Source: Chiloscyllium plagiosum (lineage: Eukaryota). Taken from it: 64,000 nt of DNA. The notes beneath the pieces were generated by a model. It did no database searches and was not told where the DNA came from. It saw only the letters and a program-made list of their open reading frames with translations. The stretch spans positions 78,866,456 through 78,930,455 of the forward strand of contig NC_057711.1 of the NCBI RefSeq assembly GCF_004010195.1, written 5' to 3'. How positions within the stretch are numbered: position 1 is the first letter of the stretch; each line of letters starts with the position of its first letter. Shown here piece by piece: positions 40,193 through 52,099 of the stretch. The translations under genes and the position numbers were made by a program.

Positions 40193-40479
40193 CTGTTTTT
40201 GGGGCTTTATTCTTGTACTCACTACCTCTGTATTAGACGATGCAATCATGTAGTGTATTACCTTGAGCATTTGTGTTGAAATGTTTCAGTGCTTTTTCCT
40301 TAGATAAAAAGCACAAATACCAAACATTGTATGCATGCATATTATATGATCACACAGACATATAATCCACATCTGTTTCTATTTCTATTACTCATCTTAT
40401 GACCTTATGCTGCTGGTTTGTTCTTTTAAAATCGTCAGAGTTGGTCCCTTGGTTTGATAATGATGGGATGTCTCCAGTG

Positions 40480-41420
40480 GGAATGAGAGCCGTCAGTCAA
40501 CCACGCAAAAGAAGTGTGTGTTAGATCATCCATCCAAAGGATACGATGGCATTATCAGAATAAATAAGATAGCCAGAATCAATTTTGGTGGCCAGGGCTT
40601 GACTCTGGAATTTAGGAGAAGGCAGGAATATGTGAAACTTGCAGTAGAGTTCACAACTTACCTCCATTTGTGCCATTGCATCCATGACAATGGTCAGAAG
40701 CACATGGTAAAGAATTCACATTGACTATGCCGGAGTTTTAGAAGGTTAAATGTTTTGTATGGTGTCTGATTCACATACTAAATGGCCAGAAATTGCCATC
40801 ATGACGTCGCCATCTTCAGAAAAATTAATTGAAAGATTGGAGCATATCTTTTCTCTTGTGAGGTTTTACTATCCAAAACCACTTGCTACTGACAATGGTT
40901 CACAGTATATCTTACAAACGTTTATGAACTATTTAAAGCACAATATAATTTAACACATCCAGATCTTTGTCACTCAGGCACAAATGGCTTGGTAGAAAGA
41001 TTTGTTCAGATAATGAAACATTCCTTATGGGTAAATCGAGAACAAAAACTTGAGCCAATTTTTGTTAACATACCAGAGCACAACCCATTTAATTCAAAGT
41101 TCTCTGGCATCACTCATGGTGAAGTGTCAGTGGTAGACAGCTTTTGATTTGTTGAAACCACAAATGACAAACAACATTGTTGACAGGAAACAACAGAATC
41201 AGATTTTCCAATAAGAGAACAGAGCCACACATTACATTTTCCAAAGAGGTCAAGAATTTTTCTCAAGGAATTACACCACTGGTGAGAAGTGAGGTAACTG
41301 CCAACACTGAAGCACAGACTGGATTGGTCTCCTACACCATACAGATGAGAGATGCTGTAGTATGTAGAAGACATGCAAATCCACTCTTTGCAATCCAGAA
41401 TAAATATGCCAGAGACAACA
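40480..41420 (+). mobile_element. Gypsy-type integrase remnant
   Basis: IHIDYAG, VSDSHTKWPEI, LATDNGSQY and TNGLVERFVQ motifs across broken frames. Confidence 0.82.
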
Positions 41421-41540
41421 TTAATTGAAGATCCACAAATAACTTTGCCAAATAGAGAACTGAAGAAACCTGAGTAGAGAACAACAACTGGAGCATGTGA
41501 CGGAGACAGTACTTTAGTGAAGAATACCACAGTGTAGGAT

Positions 41541-41850
41541 GATGAGGCTATTCAGAGACAGAGGGCAGTTGTTGCAATGCCTGAATAGCCAGGAGATACA
41601 GGGAGGTACGACTGTACGTTTGGCAAAAAAAACCACTCACATCTCCCTGGCATGTTCATCAGTTTAAAGGGATTCCACTTCCTCAATGTTCAACTGCTAA
41701 TTAATTACTGGAAGATTTTCTGCAAGCCTGAGCTGGATATTTTGGAGGCTGCCATGACTTGTTCAATGTGCAAAAGTTGCATATCCTACAGATATTTGCA
41801 TCTGCATGATCAACAGGTGGATATATAGACTGTCTCTATGAACCAGCCAC
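41541..41850 (+). mobile_element. PIF/Harbinger transposase remnant
   Basis: YDCT..., MFISLKGFHFLNVQLL (41652-41699) and AGYFGGCHDL (41732-41761) resemble the Harbinger IDCTH/NRKGFHSLNVQ/PGSxHD motifs. Confidence 0.62.
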
Positions 41851-44800
41851 AATATACCTGTAAGGAGGCCTGCAACTAAAGCAGAAGGAAGGTACAATAG
41901 GAGCCACACAAGCAAAGAAGCAATGGTTGGGAAAAGCATTAGTTTGCTGAGGAATCCATTCAGCTGTCTGCCTGGATCTTGGACTGCCCTTGAGAATGGT
42001 AGTGGTCTGCTGTCCTTTGTAAAACGTGGTGTGAAGAACGTAGCTGGAGGAGAAGTGTTTGGCATTTCCTGATGAGGAAGGACTGATAGGGAGACGCTGC
42101 TTACCTGGTAAACCAGAGATGTCCACAACAACTTCATCTAGGCAAGTTTCAGGTTCAGTGAGTGTCTGCAGCTGTAGGGAGCAACGACAGCAAAAACCAT
42201 TGTATCCTTCCTTCAGCAAAACACAAATTATTCCCACAGTTCTAAATTATATTCATGCTTCTTTTTCTTGTCCTCCACTCATGTTATGCCATTTTCCTTA
42301 AAACTTATATCCATTTGCAATTCAGAATGTAACACTGGAAATGGCAGGATAATGGAGAATTCAAATGAAGCACTTTATTTATTTAAATTTTCACATACAT
42401 AAAGACATTAACATATCAGCACTTAAGTGAATATTCTTGTGCAACAATGATATCTTTTATTTTCTACTCTCTATTATTCCAACATGATACAACCTTGATT
42501 GACTTCAACAGGGCTAGATTTAGGCAGATCCTTCCCTTGCTCCGTTATGTCTTGCTTCCATCCTTCTTCCTGATGCTTTCAGAAGCAATATTGAATGCAG
42601 CCATTCTATTCTGTGATGAGGTGCCTTGAAATAGAGGATCATTTATTTGTGGGCGTGGCTTGTTATCATACCTGCACTCTGGTTGGAAAGCCTGGAGGCA
42701 GGAGGTGTTAATGTAGCCATGACAAATCCTACTCCGATCAACAGAGAGATTTCCAGGCCCCAATCGTGATGGATAAGTTCTTGTAGAATTCTGCTGTTTG
42801 TGTCCTCCTCACCACTTACTTTCCTGTCTAGCTTTGTACCATCATCAACCTTGTGTATATTAGATTTTGTCCCTTTATCTAACCAGCACCAATCCTTAAG
42901 GTTTACTCAGTGATGTACGAACTGAAAATGATCACTTTATTCTGTCTTAATGTTTCTGTCCTTTAACCAACTTCCATACAAACAGGTTGCTCCCAATACC
43001 ATGAACATTTACATAAAATATAAAAAAGAATTCCAAAGAAATTCTTTAGGCTTCAAGACATATTAGGCATGAGACATTAACTCTATTTACATATTGTGCC
43101 AGATTCGCTGAGTTTTCCGTTTTCTATTTTAATTTCAGGTTTCCAGCTTTTGCAGTATTTTGTTTTAAATCCATAAAACTGTGTCTTGTTAGACTATATT
43201 TTGTGTGATGCCTCATTGAATCTATTTTGAAAATCCCATTTATCTTTATCCACCCTATATGTTGCACCCTCAAAAATCTCAAGTAGCTTTTAAAAATGTG
43301 ATTTACCTTTCATAAGATCATACTGACTCTGCTTAATCATATATTGATTTTCTAATTGTCCTGTTCCCACTTCCTTAATAACGGGTTTGAGCAATTCACC
43401 TGGAACTGGTTTCAGGCTAACCGACCTGTACCTCCACAAAAGAAATGGTGGAGAAAATGTCACTGGATGTTTTTAAGACAGAGGTGGATAGATTTTTGTC
43501 AGGAGAATTGGGTGTTAGCAAGGGTAGATGGAATGTGGAAATTAAAGCATGAACAGATCAGCCATGATATTATTGAATGACAGAGCAGACTTGAGGGGCC
43601 AAATGGTCTGCTTTTGCTCCTATTTGTATGATCATAAGTAGGTCATAGTATTCTACACAGTATGCAATTACGTCCATCCACGTGAACCCTTAATCTTATT
43701 CCAAAATGGTTATTAACCTGTTTCTTTTACTTGAAAACTGGGCTTAATGTGTGAGGAGAAATTCACTACAAGGGTGAGAGAAGCACAAAATCACAGAAGT
43801 ATAAAAACATATCAACCATCGTGATGGATAGCTATGTATTCAATTATTATTACTCTCTTCTTATTTTTGCTCTTTATGATAGAATAGAAAATGTCCTGTT
43901 TATCTTTGTGCATAATTCCCACTGAAGCAATGCCTCAGCCTCTGACATTGCCAACAAACATTTCTCCCTATTCTACAGAACAAAATGCCACAAATCCACA
44001 AGCATATTTTCTGCAATAATGCAGTCTGTTTGTGCTTTATTTGAGCTTATTTGTGTTTATTTAAACTTGTATGACTAAGAAACAGCCAAAGATTAGGAAT
44101 AGAAATTTATAACATCAGGTTATAATAATTACAAAGTCAGTTGTTTTGCATTCTGTAACTTAATTATACACACATTACAATCCTGTAGAAATGCAGTTAA
44201 GTTAAATTAGTTTAAATATTGTAGTAAATTACCTTTGAATTCATAGCAAAATTATTAAGAAATTGTTAATTTTGACAGAAAGTGCAGAATCTTGTTTATT
44301 GGCCACAGGATGAGCTGTGATGATAGCTGTGATCTGCAGTTGCCTGTGGCTCAGTTGCAAAGTGGAGGTGCTAAAGACTCATGCTCCACTAACTAACTGC
44401 CCCCAGGGATCTGCTGTGTTTTGGCTTTAGCTGGGAGTCGGGGATCCATTGGCAAAATGATGCCTGGCAGCATCCTTTATCTCCAATTTCTCTACAAATG
44501 GCTACTTAATTATTCAAACTGTTGCCCACACTGTCAGCTTCACTAGCTTCTGGCAAAGTTGGCTTGAATCCGGAGTGTATTGTCCCACTGATTCAATGCA
44601 TTCCTTTACAAAATAATTCTTTGGTCCCAACTTCAGGTCCACGGCCACAAGACTGATAAGATTCCACAAATATGGTGCTGCTCGAAATAATCTTTAACAT
44701 TGAAATGTCGAAGGCAAGGGCCAAAGTATTGAGGGGAAATATGAACTGAATGGAAAATGATGTACATTGAGTAGTCAAGGGCAGGTTACCTACAAATTTA

Positions 44801-45429
44801 TGAAATTCAAAGCGTGCAGATTTTAGACAGAAAGATAATGTGAGGGAGGCAAGAGGTTCTGTTGTTTGAGATTGCAATTGAGCTGAAATTGAAAAGAAGG
44901 GCATAGGGCAGGAAAATCATGAGAAATATAAAAATTATGGAGGGAGGTGAGAATGAGATTGGAAGAGCAAGAAGGGAACATGGCATGAGGCTAATAGAGA
45001 ATGTGAAAGGAATTAGCAAGCACAGTTATAACATATAAAGCTATAACATATAAAGCATAAAAGAAGACTTGGATGCAAAATTGCACTTGTGAAGGAGAAA
45101 GGCAATATTTCATATGGATTTTTAAAAAAGTATTAGTGCGAATAAAGAAGTCATTTGGAAAGATAGTTCAAGCTAAATGTAGAAAAAGAATTGGTAGTTT
45201 AATAAAAACATCTCAAATTCAAGCTGGATAGGGAAGGACATAAAAATATAAGAAGGAATGGCAAAATAGATCAAGGATAAAATGTCACAGATTTACAAAG
45301 AGTGAATATATTAATGGGTTCAAAGACTCTATCTATTTATTTTGCATTAAGGAACAAATAAAGAGCTGTGCTGTTGCTTGACATGTACTCTAGATACAAA
45401 ATAGTGCAAAGGAAGTAAGCAAATATTTG

Positions 45430-45865
45430 AAATAAAAACAGTGGATGCCAGAAATATGAATCAAAACAGAATTAGCTGTAGACACTCAGCAGGTCTGGCA
45501 GCATCTGTGGAGAGAAAGCAGCGTCAACATTTCAGGTCCAGTAACCTTCTTCAGAACTGGAATAGGTCAGAAGTCACATGACACCAGGTTATTGTCCAAC
45601 AGGTTCATTTAAAATCACAAGCATTTGGAACACTGCCCCTTTGTCGTGACTTCACCTGATGAAGGAAAGCATCCAAAAGCTTGCAATTTCAAATAAATCT
45701 GTTGGACTATAACCTGGTGTCGTGTGACTTCTGACCTTTTCCATCTCCAACCAACACCAGAATCTCCACATCAGAACTGGAGTGTCACTGGACCCAAGAT
45801 ATTAACTCTGTTTCTCTCTCCACAGATGCTGCCAGACCTGCTGAGTTTCTCCTGTTTTTGTTTGA
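45430..45865. mobile_element. Inverted-repeat PLE-related element with a second inverted-repeat element (45562-45770) nested at its centre
   Basis: Outer arms CTCAGCAGGTCTGGCAGCATCTGTGGAGAGA / TCTCTCCACAGATGCTGCCAGACCTGCTGAG; TCAGAACTGGA at 45551-45561 and 45771-45781; inner arms GGTCAGAAGTCAC.. / ..GTGACTTCTGACC. Confidence 0.85.
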
Positions 45866-45972
45866 GGAAATGGTGGAGCAAATCTGAAGGCAAATTTCAA
45901 AGAAATAAAGCAGTGTGGAGCAGCAGTAATATGTATACAGGAGAACTTTCTAATCCCAATGCTGGACCTAAC

Positions 45973-46332
45973 TTTTTTTCAATTCATTCATGGGACGAGG
46001 ACATCACTGGCTGGGCCAGCACTTATCGCCCATCCCTAATTGCATAGAGGGTAGTTCAGACTCAACCCCATTATTGTGTCCTGGAAACACACGTAGGCCA
46101 GACCAAGTAAGAATGACAGTTTTAATACCTAAAAGACATTAGTGAATCAGATGGGTCTTTCCCCTAAAATTGATAATGAATGTGTGGCTATCATTCAACT
46201 CTTAATCCCAGATTTTTAGTGAATTCAAGTTCTACCATCTGCCATGGCAGGCATTTGAATTTGAGTCCCAGAATTCAATTAGGTCTTGGCATTAATAGTC
46301 CAGTGATAATACCACTAAGCCATTAGCTCCCC
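45973..46332 (-). mobile_element. tRNA-like-head SINE with LINE-derived tail
   Basis: Head GGGAGCTAATGGCTTAGTGGTATTATCAC.. matches 25438; tail matches 18575-18682. Confidence 0.82.
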
Positions 46333-47203
46333 TAAACTGTAGCTATGCAAAGTGTTTCAATGAAAGAGCATCTAGTTGCAGTGATCTAGGCATAACTGGG
46401 TTTGGTGTAGTTACAGAAGAAGCAAAGTGACATCAACATTGGATTTGATTTGAAATTTCCATCGTTTGGCAGAGTACTGAAAGTTTGGATAATTTAACTC
46501 TGACTTTTTAGTTTGTTTCTGATCTGTCCTTTATGAGCTCATTAACAGGCCTGGGAGATGATCACTCAGTCATGTGGCAACCTGAATCGAATTGCAGTCA
46601 CTCATCCCACCAGAGCATTGTGTTCTGCTGCTAATGAATTGGTGGAGCTGTGGGGTTCAGCGATTGATTGCAGAAGAAAGAGCAGTGGTATCTGAGCCTG
46701 TACATGGTTCGTCCTATCTGGGGTGAGGGTAGAGCAGAGCAGTCTACTTTCCATGGAGTTCAACACACTTGGAGGGTGGGTGGAAGGTGGAGGGCCCAGG
46801 CTCCATGGGGTTCAGTAAGCCCCTGGGTGGGAAGCTAAAGTGTTACTGAGTCAAAAGCTTTGTTGTTTCAGTAGTCACATTTTGATGAACTTGCCCTGTA
46901 CTCCAATGTATAGAACTAACTCTAGTTAATTACCTTGAGTGACTAGCATAGCTTGTCACTTTTATCCATTCAAACAGTTAAATATGCGACTTACATGATC
47001 TTAATGGAGATCTCTATGACTCTATGACTTACTACCATTCAGTGTGTTTAGTGCACTGTGCAAATACAATACTCAAATGTATGGCTAGCTCTGTAAGCAT
47101 AATAGCCCTCTGTGTTTTCATGTAACACTGTCAGAACCAGATGTAAACTTGCTATGCTGGTTATTGTCAGTGTCATTGAAGGAGAACCAGTCATTTTCAT
47201 CCG

Positions 47204-47413
47204 TGAGGAGAAAGTGAGGACTGCAGATGCTGGAGATCAGAGCTTAAAAATGTGTTGCTGGAAAAGTGCAACAGGTCAGGCAGCATCCAAGGAGCAGGAG
47301 AATCGACGTTTCGGGCATAAGCCTGAAGAAGGGCTTATGCCCGAAATGTTGATTCTCCTGCTCCTTGGATGCTGCCTGACCTGCTGCGCTTTTCCAACAA
47401 CAAATTTTTAAGC
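47204..47413. mobile_element. Palindromic PLE-derived short element (82-bp arms, 8-nt spacer) with hammerhead core on the + strand
   Basis: Arms 47242-47323 and 47332-47413; spacer TGAAGAAG; CUGAAGA-A-GGGC(UUAU)GCCC-GAAA-UGUU-GA from 47323. Confidence 0.9.
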
Positions 47414-48948
47414 ATGGAGTACAGTCCACAACATTTCATTTGAGCACCACACAATTTCTGAGTCATTGTTTGACCCACTGGTTATGTTTTTGGCTGTCAT
47501 AAACGTTCCTGAGTGGGTGGAGTGCGGTGGGCAAGGAGTAAGCATGCTACCTCTCCTTTATTTCCAATCTTCATCTCATTCACCTCCCCATCTCCCTCTC
47601 CAGTTTCTCTATACCCCCCTAACATCCCTCATCTCTCCATTGTGCCATCCCCATCTCCTTTGCCATATTCCTCTCCTTCATCCCCATATCCATCTCGCCG
47701 ATGCACCGTACTTGGCTTCATCAGATCTATATTCCCTCCTCTGTTAATGATGCTTCACAAACCTCCCATCTCTCACTCCTTAAACCATCCATATTCTTTT
47801 CCTTTAGTCACTTCACCCCCTTCTTCATTCTGCTTTCTACCCCTACTTCACACTCCCTTTCAGTCTACCTCCCTTGCCTCCAATACCTCATCTTCTTCAT
47901 GAGAGCTGATGAAAAGATAGGGTATCTCCAAGAAATGTATAAAAGCTGACCTTTCCAAAGGCTTCTATTTTGCTTCATCTTCAGTGTGAGGGTGAAATGT
48001 GTCTTCAAGGCAAATACAGTGGAATGAGGACAGAGATTGCTAAAGGGAACTGAGCAAATTGGCCAATAATCAAAACAGCAGAAACACAGTGGCAGACATT
48101 CAAGAAAGTATAACTCTCAGCAAATAATGGACAGCCTTTTTTTATTTTCCCTCGATATGGCACAAAGGAGAAACATTTCAGTGATTTGGCCCTGGAGAGA
48201 AACCCATCCCATTTTTGCCATTTTACTAATTACGTTCTATGTAAGAAGAACTGTGCATACCTTCTGAATCCATCACCTATTAATGTCCAAAAGTGGCCAG
48301 TTAATCACCATTTATAGGCCTTGACTTGTCAACTCTCCTATGAAATGCCTCCTCAGCATGTGGGAAATGATGGCAGGAAAATATAATAACCTGTTGCTGG
48401 GTTAGTTATGGGCAATTGGGGGCATGATTTGAGGACAAAGGTGCTGCCTCTGAAAACCAGCTGCTCATGCCTCTGACTACCCTGATTCCCAGACCCCACC
48501 ACTCCTGTTCTCCAAGTTAAATATAAAAATTACTCATCTATTCACTGTTGAATCTCCTGAGTTATAGACATAGAATGTGTAAAGACCACTCTCATTGAAG
48601 TTGGACTGTGAACTAAGTACGTGAAAACACAATACTTGACCAAATGTTGCACGTGCTTTGGACAGTTCAACCAGTTTCTGTGTAAAGTTGTTTTACTCAG
48701 ATACTATTCTTGTGATATGACCGAAAGAATCAGAGTTGACTTTTAATTCTACACAAATTTTGTTCACAAAATACGAAAAAATACAAAAGAGGCTATTTGG
48801 CCAAATGTTATCTGAAACCCTGCTCTTTTGTGATAAAACTCCTGACTCTTACACCAATTAGAGTCACAGAGTCATAGAGATGTACAGCACGGAAACAGAC
48901 CCTTCACTCCAACTCATCCATGCTGACCACTATAATTGCTCTAACAAT

Positions 48949-49470
48949 TGTGATGATATGATGGCTTTAAGAGATGTATTTTGTCCTAGTTTTTTTTAAA
49001 TATAGATTTTGAGCCATAGGTGGAGAGGTGTCTCTTCCAAGCCAATAAAGTAAACAGCCTGTGGGGCCTTAGGTTGTTTTTTAAAAACTGGAACAATAGA
49101 AGCAGCATGAAGGGTGGAGCAGGCTCCCACAGAACCAGGATTTTAGTTTAGCTTTCAGCAGTTGTTGAGGTTTTGAAGTTGGTTGTGGAAGCTTCCAAAT
49201 CTATTTCTCTAACAGAATTTTCTCTTGGTATTCTTTCCTCCTGTATTGGATAAACATTGCACGTGAGACAATCTATTTTACTGAATTTGACTTTGCCAGG
49301 GGTGTGTTTATAGCTGTTTCTATATTGGAACAGTTGCTGTTTAGTAGCTAAATACTTTATTATTCAGTCAAATTTTCCAATAGAGTAAAGTTATACTTGT
49401 TCTTCTTTCTTTTGTTTATATTTTAACTGTAGGCTAAGAATAAAGTCTGTTTTACTTAAAGTCGAGTACT
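48949..49470 (+). mobile_element. Possible solo LTR or LTR fragment
   Basis: Starts TGTGA and has AATAAA near 49439; no terminal CA or TSD identified. Confidence 0.3.
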
Positions 49471-49527
49471 ATAAGGAAACACTTTGACACAAAGGATGGT
49501 TGAATTTGGACCACTTCTAGAAACAAC

Positions 49528-49684
49528 TATACATTCTGTGTTACGATCGAGCTCTCCACAATCACCTGATGAAGGAGCGTCGCTCCGAAAGCTAGTGTGC
49601 TTCCAATTAAACCTGTTGGACTATAACCTGGTGTGGTGTGACTTTTAACCTTGTACACCCCAGTCCAACACCGGCATCTCCGAA
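49528..49684 (+). mobile_element. 157-bp PLE-related mini-element carrying an intact hammerhead motif, with 12-bp TSD
   Basis: TCTAGAAACAAC at 49516-49527 and 49685-49696; inserted in an old CR1 3' remnant. Confidence 0.9.
49563..49597 (+). ncRNA. Minimal type I hammerhead ribozyme motif
   Basis: CAC-CUGAUGA-A-GGAGC(GUC)GCUCC-GAAA-GC-UA-GUG: stem I CAC/GUG, perfect stem II, palindromic AGCU stem III, predicted cleavage after A49594. Confidence 0.88.
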
Positions 49685-49864
49685 TCTAGAAACAACAGTT
49701 GACATTAGATCACTTTTTAATTTTAAACATTTGTGTTAGCCAAAGGTATTAATGAAAGTGGTAGAAGGAGAGTATATGGAATTAAAGGTTGATCTCAGCA
49801 AACAGTGGAATAGACTAAAGATTCTCATGGCATATTCCTAATCTGATATTCCCAATACAGAACA

Positions 49865-50019
49865 AAAAACTGAAAGGACTGCAGATGCTGGCAATCAGAA
49901 ACAAAAACAGAAACTCCTGAAGGAATTCTGCAGGTCTGGCAGCATCTGTGGAGAGAAAGCAGAATTAACATTTTGTAATAAGTGACCCTTCTTCAGAACA
50001 GTTCTGCTGAGATTTTCAG
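49865..50019 (-). mobile_element. PLE-related short element with decayed hammerhead and fold-back centre; right arm interrupted by a Penelope fragment
   Basis: Same family as the outer element at 45430; CAGAAC-A-GTTCTG centre near 49994-50006; arm resumes about 50386 (ATTTCTGTTTTTGTT). Confidence 0.7.
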
Positions 50020-50385
50020 CAACGAAATGACATGACCAGCTATCCCTAGTAGCCACACACGTAGACGACAAGCAACATGAATTTGACTGGGACAACACTA
50101 CCATTATAGTGTAAGCGAAACAAAGAACAGCCAGGGAATTCCTAGAAGCATGGCACTCATCCACAAACTCCATCAACAAACACGTCGACCTGGACCCAAT
50201 ATACCGGCCACTACAGCGGACAGCTGAAACTGACAACCGGAAGCGGCAGGGACAGGCCACTATAAATGCCGGAGGAAACACCACAGAAGCGCTTCACAGG
50301 AGGCTCCCAAGCACTGAGGATGTCACCTAGACAGGGGACAAAATGTTTGCAACAAAAACTTCCAGCTCGGCGAACAGAACCACAA
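50020..50385 (+). mobile_element. Penelope-like element 3' fragment (GIY-YIG C-terminus plus pLTR), hammerhead mutated
   Basis: Near-identical to 14200-14560; GACGAAACG has become GACAAAATG. Confidence 0.9.
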
Positions 50386-50639
50386 CATTTCTGTTTTTGT
50401 TCCAATACCGAACTTACTTCATCAAAGTCTTGTATGAACGCTAACCAGACAGGGTATGACTTCCAGATCTTGCAGTCAGTGGCAAAGCAGTGGCATTTTC
50501 AGCTGACCTTGAGAAAACTACCCACAGAAAAAAAACCTCTGAAGTGTGGATTTCATCTTACTGAAAGTTAACCTGACTGGTACCAGTCAAGGGGATCTCC
50601 AGGTGACTATTGTCATCATAAAAGATAAGCCAACAGATA

Positions 50640-50936
50640 GGGCGGCACGGTGGCTCGCACTGCTGCCTCACAGCGCCAGAGACCTGTGTTCAATTCCCGC
50701 CTCAGATAACTGTCTGTGTGGAGTTTGCACATTCTCCCCGTGTCTGCGTGGGTTTCCTCTGGGTGCTCCGGTTTCCTCCCACAGTCCAAAGATGTCCAGC
50801 TTAGGTGAAATGGCCATGCTAAATTGCCCGTAGTGTTAGGTGAAGGGGTAAATGTAGGGGGGTGGGTTGCTCTTCGGAGGATCGGTGTGGATTGTTGGGC
50901 TGAAGGGCCTGTTTCCACACTGTAAGTAATCTAATC
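50640..50936 (+). mobile_element. HE1-type V-SINE, (AATCT)n tail
   Basis: GGGCGGCACGGTGGCTC head, complete V-domain, TAAGTAATCTAATC end. Confidence 0.93.
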
Positions 50937-51384
50937 ATTATGCTGAAAAATTATCAGACAGCAAAGATGAAGTAAACTTCACTGACTAGTCTTCACTTAA
51001 TAAATGTTAGAGAAAGAAAAATTTTTGAAATAAAATATCATTAATTAGCTTAAAGTTTTAACATTTTGCAAGTTGAATAAAATGGAAAAATCCAAAATCA
51101 TACAAATATATAAAATGGATTTTCCAGAGCCAGAGATGGTTGTACAACAGCAGTTATTCAAACATATGAATTAGGCGAAGTGGACTATTTGCCCATGACC
51201 TACACCACCATTCAATAAGATTATGGTTGCTGTTTGTGTTTCAAATTCTATATTCCTATCTAATCTTGATAATATTTGATTCCCTTGTTGACCAAAATCT
51301 GTTGACTTCCACCTTAAAAATACACAATGACCTTGCCTCCTGAGATAGAACCTTCCAGCATTGCAGAACCCTCCAACCACAAGG

Positions 51385-51719
51385 GATGAACTCAGATTTC
51401 TCCAGTTTCCTCATTTCCCCTCCCCCCACCTTGTCTCAGTCAAATCCCTCGAACTCAGCACCGTCTTCCTAACCTGCAATTTTCTTCCTGACCTCTCCGC
51501 GCCCACCCCCACTCCGGCCTATCACCCTCACCTTGACCTCTTTCCACCTATCACATTTCCAACGTCCCTCCCCCAAGTCCCTCCTCCCTACCTTTTATCT
51601 TAGCCTGCTGGACATACTTTCCTCATTCCTGAAGAAGGACTCATGCCCGAAACATCGATTCTCCTGATTCTCCTGCTCCTTCTGACCTGCTGCGCTTTTC
51701 CAGCAACACATTTTCAGCT
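51385..51719 (+). mobile_element. PLE 3' UTR/pLTR fragment with pyrimidine-rich region and decayed hammerhead
   Basis: CUGAAGA-A-GGAC(UCAU)GCCC-GAAACAUC-GA at 51629-51658, followed by the same tail as the 21/34/47 kb elements. Confidence 0.85.
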
Positions 51720-52099
51720 ATATAGACCACAAGTTTACTTTTCTTTTTGCTCACCATGGGGGTCAGTCATGGTACATGCCTTGTGCTGATTGTTTTTGGA
51801 AACTGTTACGAACAGCACCTATGCTGTTACAGACTTCTTCCTTTTGAATGAACCTGCTGCTGACCCTCTGTCCATGGGTTGTAATACTCAGGTCAGCAAT
51901 CTTAGCAATGAACTCCCCAGGGGCCCATTAGACATATAGTTTTAACAGCATGATTTCTTGGAAATGCTGTTTCATTGCTCAAAATGACTTTCTGAACTAT
52001 TAAACAAAAATCAGACCTTCACAGAATTAAAAATTACAATCTTTTTTTTCTTCACTTGAGAATCTCACTTCCCAAGCAACAATGTAATACAATGAACTA

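Noticed and set aside
42069..42100. CTGATGAG resembling a hammerhead core
   Set aside because: No stem II or GAAA downstream.
42510..42630. Possible minus-strand exon after CTCTATTTCAAG
   Set aside because: All three frames hit stops before the weak donor.
45027..45056. 15-bp tandem duplication TATAACATATAAAGC x2
   Set aside because: Ordinary slippage duplication in degenerate repeat sequence.
47466..47949. Pro/Ser/Leu/His-rich ORFs
   Set aside because: Pyrimidine-rich low-complexity DNA lacking stop codons by composition.
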